A stretch of 64,000 nucleotides of DNA from Phoronis australis. Its lineage: Eukaryota > Animalia > Phoronida. Positions within the stretch are counted from its first letter, which is position 1; the number at the start of each line of letters is the position of its first letter. The stretch lies in the NCBI GenBank assembly GCA_002633005.1, contig NMRA01000266.1, positions 12,544 through 76,543 of the forward strand, in the 5' to 3' direction. A program made the translations under genes and the position numbers. Of the stretch, positions 12,301-24,300 are shown piece after piece. The notes beneath the pieces were generated by a model. That model was not told the DNA's origin. It searched no databases and saw nothing but the letters and a program-made list of their open reading frames with translations.

Positions 12301-15300
12301 GTGCACTCCGCGTCTACGTCTAGCTCCGGACCGTCAGACAACAAATTCGTGGTGTAAATCATCAGACACGTACCCTTATACCCCTGCACACTTGTTGATT
12401 ACGGTATGTTTCATGGGAGCTGACAAAAAGCGAGTATGCTGGTCTGGTAAATGCGAGTTTGCTGGTATAGAGGAACGTAACTATAATTTAGTGGAGCAGC
12501 AACTGAATCGTTTCCCTCACCAAGTCATATAGGAATTGTTCTCTAAACCTACACCTATTTTAATAGGTTAAAACAGGTTAATTGAAATTTATGAAGCACA
12601 GTCTTGGTAGCTTCGAGCTAACTGTTAAAGTCAGGGCACGGCGTTGAATCATATTTCATAGTAAGTTAAATTCAATTGAAGAGCAATCAATGAATATCGT
12701 TTGATCATTGAATGAAAACCGTGTAGGAGCGGTTATTGTTGTACAGTGTTTTAATAGATTCTTTTTTATTTTGCGTTTGGTAAAACGTTAGCTAGCGTCA
12801 CGTTATTGTTAGCCAATTTCTGTCGAAGACGATCCTCTCAAATCTAGAAAAATTGGCAAATTATTTCACTGAATGTCCTCGAGCGCAGCAGATATTGCAA
12901 TATATTTTACGTTTGTAACATTTGAAAAGAAACTTGTTTGAGAAAAATAACATTGCACCAATATTCGAAACAAAGATGCCACGTCATTGTTGAATAGATG
13001 TAAACATTTGCCGATAATGCAAAAACGGGACAATCAGATTGAAAAGGGAAGCACTCGAATAATGGTCGTAGACATGTGTATATGCCAAAACAGGGTGAAG
13101 TAATCGTTGCAACAACCAAAAGTTATCCGACAGTGTTTTTTTGTAGAACACAAGACTAGGGGTGCCGCAATATACCAATCCCTCGATGGCATTTTTGCTT
13201 TTTAGCTATTGGGATGTAGCAGGTGCCAGAAGGAAGTATGCAACGTCTCGTTTCTTCTCGAGAATAAGAGAAAATAGGACTCTAGTGTGTGGTGGTACAT
13301 GTACGTCAATTTTGCAATACGTCGAAGACCGGGACATTTTGATGGCATACGGGATGGCGGCAAAAGTTTAAAAACAGTGACACTGCATTGTCCTTATCAG
13401 TCTAGTTAGCTTTGGCGGTTCTCAAATGGAAAGCAGACAACATTAAAGGCGAAGGCACCCCTTTTCCACGTCATTTTGACCTAAAATAAGGTTGGTTGGT
13501 TATCCTTGAAATATTTTCCACTTAATTACAGCTTTTCGTAATTTTATTAATTACTCGTCCGCTACTCCAGAAGTGACGTTTTAGGAGGCAAGCGTTTCCC
13601 GCCACTTGGTTTTGCGTTGACTTTACCGTGCGAATCTATTCTATTCTACTTTTGTTTTGTGCTGTTTTTCAACAATTGTCGCCACCACTTTCCATCGGCG
13701 AGTATTCTGCGGCAAGATAGGTTAGTAGAGAACTCAACTACGTTGGATTTAGNNNNNNNNNNNNNNNNNNNNNNNNNNNNNNNNNNNNNNNNNNNNNNNN
13801 NNNNNNNNNNNNNNNNNNNNNNNNNNNNNNNNNNNNNNNNNNNNNNNNNNNNNNNNNNNNNNNNNNNNNNNNNNNNNNNNNNNNNNNNNNNNNNNNNNNN
13901 NNNNNNNNNNNNNNNNNNNNNNNNNNNNNNNNNNNNNNNNNNNNNNNNNNNNNNNNNNNNNNNNNNNNNNNNNNNNNNNNNNNNNNNNNNNNNNNNNNNN
14001 NNNNNNNNNNNNNNNNNNNNNNNNNNNNNNNNNNNNNNNNNNNNNNNNNNNNNNNNNNNNNNNNNNNNNNNNNNNNNNNNNNNNNNNNNNNNNNNNNNNN
14101 NNNNNNNNNNNNNNNNNNNNNNNNNNNNNNNNNNNNNNNNNNNNNNNNNNNNNNNNNNNNNNNNNNNNNNNNNNNNNNNNNNNNNNNNNNNNNNNNNNNN
14201 NNNNNNNNNNNNNNNNNNNNNNNNNNNNNNNNNNNNNNNNNNNNNNNNNNNNNNNNNNNNNNNNNNNNNNNNNNNNNNNNNNNNNNNNNNNNNNNNNNNN
14301 NNNNNNNNNNNNNNNNNNNNNNNNNNNNNNNNNNNNNNNNNNNNNNNNNNNNNNNNNNNNNNNNNNNNNNNNNNNNNNNNNNNNNNNNNNNNNNNNNNNN
14401 NNNNNNNNNNNNNNNNNNNNNNNNNNNNNNNNNNNNNNNNNNNNNNNNNNNNNNNNNNNNNNNNNNNNNNNNNNNNNNNNNNNNNNNNNNNNNNNNNNNN
14501 NNNNTCCGGTACGCAGCAACAGTGTGGCATGTTGACTGACTAGTAAATGAAAGCAAACGACGACGGAACTTAACACAACCGAGGTAGAACAATGACTGAC
14601 TCGGCAGCTCTCACAGTCAGACTATATGAAAAGAAATTGGCGCGAAATGCTTGCCTCCTAAAACGTCACTTCCGCAGTAGCGGACGAGTAATTAATAAAA
14701 TTACGAAAAGCTGTAATTAAGTGGAAAATATGTCTAGGATAACCAACCAACCTTATTTTAGCTCAAAATGACATGGAAAAAGGTTGCCTTCGCCTTTAAT
14801 TTGATATCGTTAAGCGATATTAGAGTGTGAAAATACCAATGGAATTTCTCCCTCAACAAAGTTATTAAATCGTTGGGTGAACACCTTACTCCACAACCAA
14901 ACAGCAGAGTCATTAGTTACCTCATCGAGGACATCCACGGTGGCCTTTTTAGCCAGTAGCAACTCCACCATCTTTGTGTGACCATGCTCAGCCGCCTGGT
15001 GCAGTGGTGTTCTGCCCACCTATATACAAGTAGTATACACTGTATAATGGAGATGTGTGAATGAACGATCAACGTTTAGATCAACTTAACAACGACGGGA
15101 GAAAGTGAACATAAAGGAAGCATTACAGCTAAGACGATACAATACTTGTAATGATTTCAAAACACAAGTTTTACAGAAGATCAAAAAACGTTAAAATAAC
15201 CACACCACATGTTGTAGAAGTCGACTGTACCATTTGTTTTTGCAAACCGCAAAGTACCATTTATATTCGTTCATACGTTACTCAAGGTAATAGGACAGCA

Positions 15301-18300
15301 ACCCGTTTTTCAAAAAACTGTCCTAACTCATTCCTTTACATGGCAAGCTGGGACTAATTTATTTTTTCATGGACATTGGAATAAACGTACGTAAATTTGC
15401 ACGGCTAGGAATCCGACAAAGCAACCAATAATGTTTCTCAATTCCAAAAATTAATAGTAGAAAAACTTGAATTAAGTTATTGCACAGAATCATCTCGCAA
15501 AACAGTCATTGTGTTTGTTTATGTTTCAGGAATTTCCTAATAGTATTCATAAAACATATCGATATCAGGACGTTTCAGATGGACAGAAAATTTGACACCT
15601 AGCTTGTTAAGGTGACACACAAACTGCCCTCGATCAGCACCGGAACAGGGTAATAGACATCATAACTAGTCAAACGTGTTATCACGTGACCTGATTTCAA
15701 GCCACTATCACATTGTGATTGGCTTGTTCTACGATTTGAGGCACTTTAAGTACCCTATAAATCATTTCACCTGTACAGGTAAGTACAGCTGTACAAAAAT
15801 AATGATCCGATTTATGTTTTTATTCCATACACGTTGAATCATTCGAGTGGCTTACGGCAATGTGATAGTGTTTTCTATGTTTACCTACCGCACTACTTCA
15901 ACAGTGACCTCAGACAGGGAAAGTTCAAAAGGTAAGTCAAGTCGATTCGACGCCGTTAGTCGGTTCGATCATCAAAATTTCCAAAAATTGTTGTAATGCA
16001 TACCAAGCTCAGCAGTATTAATAAAGCTCAACATGCAATCACGTCCCAAACGCAACATGTCGAACACAACTGTTAATTGATTGACACTTCTATCCCGGTT
16101 TTCAATTGCTAAATATTATGGCGGTGGTAATATTGAAATCGAGAACTCTTAGCAAGCTTTTTCAACGAAGGAGGACCTATCTTATGCCTGACGCCTGCAA
16201 TTGCTTGCTTGGTGTGCGTGAACTTGAATTTTGCTCAGTATGAACACCGTGGATGCGTGAGCTTGGAATTAAATACACTTCAAAGAAATCAGGTGAATAA
16301 TTTCTTCATTGTAGAGATTTTTTAAAATTATTGATCCCAGGAGCTCTTATTTTTCCCGTTAACGAATTCTAGCAACGTGAACACAATTATTTGAGTGCAG
16401 AACCCACGTTCTCTCGGCGTAGGCCTATCAACAATCTTGAGCTTAAGCGAAATTCCAAGTTCATATTCGACAGTTGCATCTTCAATTGACACTTCGTCCG
16501 GCATCCTATATATATTTTCTTAATGCACCCCACCAAAACTAAAGTCAAGCTAAGAATCTGTATTGAATTCAGTTCATTTATAAAAAATTCGATGTCATGT
16601 GAAAGGACTATCTTTTGGGCTTAGGTTTCAAACAAAAGTGCTTGCGTTAAGATCAGTTTCATGAATTTTTTAACAAAAACGAAGCGGAAATAGTATCTTT
16701 AACTAAAATATATAAATATTGTTTGTATTAAGTTATTTTAAGGAAAATTTACAAATTATATCTACTGAGGCAGTCTTTGACACTTAGTTTTAGATCTACA
16801 TGTATAAACATTGGACTGATGAGAATAATTCATTTTGAACCGATAAATTGATGTCGGCCACAAACACGTAGATATTATGCGGCCTTGCACGTGGTAATAA
16901 CGGCATACATGTAATTTTTTATTCTTTTCTGACACAAGCCACTTCCAATGCACTTCGCGTTCTGAAGGAAATCGAAAAAACGACCACCCTGCTTTACTTG
17001 CAGCTTCCTGATTCGCTAAAATGGGAATGATACGCCACACCACAGCGACACACACTCGGCTGAAAACAAAACTCTGTCGTCGCTGCGTCGTGTTTTCATC
17101 TTCCTGACCGGCTAACGTGACACCTCTCCGTCGGCGAGGTGAGATCGACCGTGTACGAGGAGATGTGGATGTAGACTGGTTAAGACGACAGCTCTACACT
17201 TCGTGTTCTAATCTTATAAAAGCCTAAAATTAGGAATCCTGCGAGAACAGTGGTTAATTCAAAAACTCTGCGAGTGGTAAGAATTCCTTGAATTCTGTGT
17301 TGACAAAATTTGATTGTGTAACTATCAAAAATCCACGTAATACGATGGGTGCACTCCGCGTCTACGTCTAACTCCGGACCGTCAGACAACAAATTCGTGG
17401 TGTAACTCATCAGACACGTACCCTTATAACCCTGCACACTTGTTGATTACGGTATGTTTCATGGAAGCTGACAAAACACGAGTATGCTGGTCTGGCATAC
17501 GCGAGTTTGCTGGTCAAGAGGAACGTAACTATAATTTAGTGGAGCAGCAACGGAATCGTTTCCCTCACCAAGTCATATAGGAATTGTTCTCTAAGCCTAC
17601 ACCTATTTTAATAGGTTAAAACAGGTTAATTGAAATTGATAAAACACAGTCTTGGTAGCTTCTAGCTACCTGTTAAAATCAGGGCACGCCGTTGAATCAT
17701 ATTTTATAGTAAGTTAAATTCAAGTGAAGAGCAATGAACAAATATTCTTTGATCATTGAATGAAAACCGTGTTGGAGCAGTTATTGTTGTACAGTGTTTT
17801 AATAGATTCCTTTCCATTTTGCGTCTGGTAAAACGTTACCTAGCGTCATGTTATTGTTATCCAATTTCTGCAGAAGACACCCTCTCAAATCTAGAAAAAT
17901 TGGTTTTTAATATATGACGAATAGAATGTTAATTTGTTCAAATTATTTCACTGAATGTCCTCGAGCGCAACAGATATTGCAATATATTTTTACGTTTGTT
18001 ACATTTGAAAAGAAACTGGTTTGAGAAAAATAACATTGCACCGATATTCGAAACAAAGACGCCACGTCATTGCTGAATAGTTGTAAACATTTGCCTATAG
18101 TGCAAAAACGTGACAATCAGATTGAAAAGGGAAGCACTCGAATAATGATCGTAGACATGTGTATATGCCAAAACAGGGTGAAGTAATCGTTGCAACAAGC
18201 AAACGTTATCCGACAGTGGTTTTTGTAGAACACAAGACTAGGGGTGCCGCAATATACAAATCCCTCGATGGCATTTTTGCTTTTTAGCTAATGGGATTTA

Positions 18301-21300
18301 GCAGGTGCCAGAAGGAAATATGCAACGTCTCGTTTCTTCTCGAGAATAAGAGAAAATAGGACTCTAGTTTGTGGTGGTACGTCAATTTTGCAATACGTCG
18401 AAGACCGGGACATTTTGAAGGCATACGGGATGGCGGCAAAAGTTTAAAAAAGAGTGAAACTGCATTGTCCTTTTCAGTCTAGTCAGCTTGGGCGGATCTC
18501 AAATGGAAAGCAGACAACATTAATTTGATGTCGTTAAGCGATATTAGAGTGCGAAAAATACCAATGAAATTTCTCCGTCAACAAATTTATTAAATCGTTG
18601 GGTGAACACGTGGCTCCACAACCAAACAACAGTGTCATTAGTTACCTTATCGCGGACATACACGGTGGCCTTGTTAGCCAGTAGCAACTTCACCATTTTT
18701 GTGTGACCACGCTCAGCCGCCTGGTGCAGGGGTGTTCTGCGCACCTATATACAAGTAATATACACTGTAAAATGGAGATGTGTGAATGAACGATCAACGT
18801 TTAGATCAACTTAACATCGACGGGAGAATTGAACATAAAGAAAGCATTACAGGCTAAGACGCTACAATACTTGTAATGATTTCAAAATATAAGTTTTACA
18901 GGTGATCAAAAAACGTCAAAATGACCACACCACATGTTGTAGAAGTCGACTGTACCATTTGTTTTTGCGAACCGCAAAGTACCTTTTATATTCGTTCCTA
19001 CGTTACTCAAGGTCATAGGACAGCAACCCGTTTTTCAAAAAAACTGTCCTAAGTCATCCCTTTACATGACAAGCTGTTGTTCTACGGTTATATAATGTAT
19101 TAATCTGAGACCAAGTTGTTTTTGCTCCTTGACATTGGAATGAAGGTACGCAAATTTGCATGGCTAGGAATCCGACAAAGCAACCAATAATGTTTCTCAA
19201 TTCCAAAAATTGATAGAAGAAAAACTTGAATTAAGTTATTGCACCGAATCATCTCCCAAAACACTCATTGTATTTTTTTATGTTTCAGGAATTTCCTAAT
19301 AGTATTCATAAAACATATCGACATCAGGACGTTTCAGATGGACAGAAAATTTGACACCTAGCTTGTTAAGGTGACACACAAACTGCCCTTGATCAGCACC
19401 GGAACAGGGTAATAGACATCATAACTAGTCAAACGTGTTATCACGTGACCTGATTTCAAGCCACTATCACATTGTGATTGGCTTGTTCTACGATTTGAGG
19501 CACTTTAAGTACCCTATAAATCATTTCACCTGTACAGGTAAGTACAGCTGTACAAAAATAATGATCCGATTCATGTATTTATTCCATACACGTTGAATCA
19601 TTCGAGTGGATTACGGCAATGTGATAATGTTTTCTGTTTACCTACCGCACTACTTCAACAGTGACCTCTTCCAGGGAAAGTTCAAAAGGTAAGTCAAGTC
19701 GTTTCGACGCCGTAAGCCGTTTCGATCATCAAAATTTCCAAAAACTGATGTAAAGCATTACAAGCTCAGCAGTATAAGTAACACTCAACATGCAAACACG
19801 TCCCAAACGCAACATGTTGAACAAAACTGCTAATTGATTGACCCTTCTATCGCAGTTTTCAATTGCTAAATATTATAGCGGTGGTAATATTGAAATGGAG
19901 AACTCTTACCAAGCTTTTGCAACGAAGGAGGACCTATCTTATGCCTGACGCCTGCTATTGCTTGCTTGGTTTGCGTGAACTTGAATTTTGCTCAGTATGA
20001 ACACCGTACATGCGTGAGCTTGGAATTAAATACACTTCAAAGAAATCGGGTGAATAGTTTGTTCATGGTAGAGCATTTTTTAATTATCGATCCCGGGATC
20101 ACCCGTTTTAGCAGTTAACGAATTCTACTAACGTCAACTCTATTATTTCAGTGAAGAACCCACTGCCCATATACGATCTTGAGATTAAGCAAACTTCCAT
20201 CTTCATATTCGACACTTGCATCTTCAATTGACACTTCGTCCGGCATCCTATATCTTTTTTCTTAGTGCACCACACCAACAATAAAAATTAGGCTAAAATC
20301 TGTATTTAATTGGGTTCATTTTGAAAAATTCGATGTCATGTAGAAAGACTATTATTTGGGCTTAGGTTTCGAATAAAAGTGCTTGCGTAAGATCCGTTTC
20401 ACGAAGTTTTTAACAAAATTGAAGTGGTAATAGTATATTTAAGTATAAAATCAAATGTTGTTAGTATTTAACTATTTCATTGAATTTTAAAAATTGCATC
20501 TACTGAAACAGTCTTCGATACTTAGTTTCAGTTTAATAAACAGTGGTTATGATGAGAATAATTCAGTTTCAACCAAAAAATTGATCTCGGCCACAAACAC
20601 GGAGATATTCCACGGCCTCATATGTGGTAATAACGGCATACATGTACTTTACATTCTTTTATGATGCAAGCGACTACCAATGCATTTTGCGTTCCGAAGG
20701 AAAACGGAAAAACAATCGCCCTGCTTTTCTTGCAGCTTTGCTTCATGGTTTGCTAAAACGGGAATGATACGCCACACCACAGCGACACACTCTCAGCTGA
20801 AAAAACGCTGACGTCGCTGTGTCGTGTTCCCATCTTCCTGACAGAGTAACACGACACCTCTCCGTCGGCAAGGTGAGATCGACCGTATACGAGCTAGGTG
20901 ATGTGGCCTGTGAAACCTAACGATCGAACCCGTGAAGTCTTCGGCGGATGAGCTTTTGACTAACTAAGTCGGGATTGGCGCCTGGTGAGTTGCCATGTAG
21001 ACGTTTATTACTCTGCCTTCTGTTTCAAAATTAATTATTCTCATCCTAACCAATGCTTACATAAAACTGAAACAGAGTCTGTCTCATCAGATACAATTTG
21101 TAGTGCCTTTGAAGTATTGGTGAGTGCAAATGATGAGAAGCCAGCAAAAAATAAATATAGATTATTGCATGGCGAAGTTGTTATCCCTGGTTATCTAGAG
21201 CCCGAGTGGAATTTGGAGAATTATGGCCGAGGGGCGTTAGCCCCGAGGGTGATAATTCTCCAAAATCCACTAGGGCTCTATATAACGGGAATAACGAATG

Positions 21301-24300
21301 GGAACATGTAATAATCTAACACATACTGAACGAGAAAAATTGCATTGAATCGATCTACCTTTATCGACTCGCCTCGGTTTTGTAACTACTTTCTATGTCA
21401 GAGGCCCGGGATCGGAGGTCGTGACCTTTTAAGAAAAGCCGAGCTATTTTTGTCAAATAATGCTTATTCAAAGCCAATTGAAAATTTAAAACAAAATAGA
21501 AATAAAGTGAATTCATAAATTAAGGTTTAGCAACTATTATTGCTCACTACACATTTTATCACGCTAATCTTCGACCGGGAAGATATCGTCTGCAAAAAGT
21601 AGGTTACCACAAGTAACTGACTATAATGCTCAAGTCAAAGGATCTTGACGACACGACACCTGCATTCAAATTGGAGAGCGGTGATTTACAAGTGAGAGAA
21701 CACGAGAGAAAATTTTCACTGACTTAAAATATCGTTTTTATGGAAATTATACGTCTTATTACACGGTTGTATCTGCCATTCGAGTCTAATATTGTGGTAT
21801 AATTTATACCACAATATTAGCCTCGAATGGCAGATGCAACCGTGTAATAACCCATTTAGTACCGACATTTATACGCTATGAAAAATAAGACGCATAATTT
21901 CCATAAAAACGGTATTTTAATTCAGTGAATTTTTTCTCTCATGTTCTTTCACTGGGAAATAACCGATCTCCAATCTGAATGCGGGTATCGTGTCGTCGGG
22001 GTCCTTTAACTTGAGAATTATTCTCAGTTACCAGCAGACGTTCGTTTCTCGGTCGAAACTTACCGTAACAAAATGTGTTTTAAGCTACAATAGTAAACCT
22101 TAATTTATAAATTCACTTTATTTCCATTTTGTTTGAATTTTTAATTGGTTTTGAATAAAAACATTATCTGACAAAAATATCTGGGCTTTTCTTAAAAGGT
22201 CACGACCTGCAATGTTTCTCGTTTAGTATGTTGTATAAATAGATTATTACATGTTCTCAGCCGTTATCGCTTAATATTTGCCAACTAGCTTCTGAAGGTG
22301 ACACACAAAATGTCCTCGATCAACTGGGGAACAAAGTATAGACAGCTTCGCAGAAAACGTGTTATCAAGTGACCTGAGCTCCAACCACAATCGCGTAATA
22401 ATTGTTTCTTTTTCTAACGCATTATGGGCAAATTAATTCCCTTATACACTGTATATCATTTCATCTGTAGAGAAAAGTCACACTGCACTGTCTTTACTTC
22501 TATGGAGGTTATCAGATTCTCCAATCAAAAGTAGACCAGATTTAACTGACATTGTTTAGAGACAATAAATTGTGAAAAAATATCAACAAAACATGTTCCT
22601 TGACAATTTTAATCGTTTCAATCAACCAAGCAGCCTGCGTGCCATTAATTACCTTATCAAGGACATCCACGCTGGCCTTATTGGCTAGTAATAACTCTAC
22701 CATCTGCGTATGACCGCGCTCTGCTGCCCAGTGCAGCGGTGTCTGGCCATCCTAAGTAAAATATCATGGAGATATGTGAAAAGACTATCAACGTTTAGAA
22801 CTAATTAACATCCAAGAGGGAAAGAAAACTTGTAATGGGCATAAATGAAACATTACTGATCCCCTAAGGCGTTATAGTATTTGTAATGATTTCAACTCTC
22901 AAGTGTTGCAGGTGATTTTGAAACGCTGCTGTAACAAAGGAACATGCTGTAGACGTCGACTCACAGAAATTACAAACTAGTAAACGCCCCTCCATATTTT
23001 GTTTTTATACACCGGTTTACCTGCTTCCTGTTTAACATAAATTTGTCATGTGAGAGGAAGTTTATCTATGAGAATTGTAACAACGTTAAGTCGAAAAATA
23101 TATGACTGGCATAATTCAAACGTCACTGTTTCTTAAAAGGCATGTACTGGGTACACAGTGAAAAACACATGTAAAAATCACGAGAAATAAAACATCTATT
23201 TACACACAAAGTTCATAGTTAAAGTTTAGTCTAGCTCAATGAATTTCGAGAAACCAGATATCGCACGTGCTGTCCCCGGTCTGCAGAAACAATGGACAAG
23301 TCACGCTTCAAAACCACTAAGTCAAACGTCCATCTTAATTACTATCACGGAAACGTTGGAATAACATATCTGCACACAGAATTCAGATAGCTTGCAGTAT
23401 TTGTAACAAAAGTAACATTGTCTGAATTTTAAAATCGCCTCAAACAGTTCTATTACCCTGTCTCGCGCGTTTACATCGCCCCCTCTGTCCAGCAAAATCC
23501 GCAACTCCTCTGTCTCGCCCTGCTCTGCTGCCAAATGAAGTGCAGTACAACCCTGTAAAAACAAAGAACAAGCAATGCGAAACTTCACAATCACTAACTT
23601 CAGCGTTCACCTTAAGTACTACTCCCGGAATCATCGTTTGACAACAGGTAACAAGAGTTAATATTATTACAGTAGTGCAAACAGATGATCATCGTCATTA
23701 TTGTGGTAACAGGTATCAGAACCGTTGTTATTTGTTGTTTACCTGAAGTAAAACTTTTATTCTGAAGAACTTATCTTTGCTTTCAGAGCAGTATCTTCCG
23801 CAAACGTCGAACGCAGTCATTTTTTCCTGTAAAGATACATGTAGATATACATGTACGCAGTGCAATTGCAAACACGAAGAAGGAAAAAAATAAAATAAAA
23901 CAGCCTCCTTATTTTTTTGATTCATTGTGATATTTAAAATGAGGGTGACCTAATCAGTGATAGCACTGCTTTCCAAGAGGGCCCTCAACAAAAACAGTAG
24001 TATAACAGAATGGAGTATTTAAATAACAATTAAATATTCGTAACAAAGATACAGTGAAAACAGGTTGAGAATTAAGACAATAAATCAATGACAAAGAATG
24101 ATTTGCGACATAGTAAGAACAAGAACGATAGTAGAATTCTTTTTGGCGTTGGTGACATGTGAGACGCAAGGGATCTGACAAACAAATTTTATGTTTCAAA
24201 TTTACTTCAAGATGTGCTTCATTATGACATAAGACAGTTATGGAAAACGCTTAGTACAACGTTCCACAGTCAATTTCATCAGGTATGTATGCAGACTGAA

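Larger units (their letters stand above)
7215..20906. repeat. Tandem array of about 3.7-kb units, each carrying one ankyrin exon
   Basis: Exon spacing 14921->18646 is 3725 bp; 9839->14921 is the same unit plus a 1.35-kb MITE. Long near-identical stretches (e.g. 7941-8830 vs 11701-12590). A more diverged partial copy lies at about 2880-3663. Confidence 0.9.

Noticed and set aside
13617-14592. Long ORFs of 275-308 aa in the ORF track
   Set aside because: Artefacts of translating the N gap.
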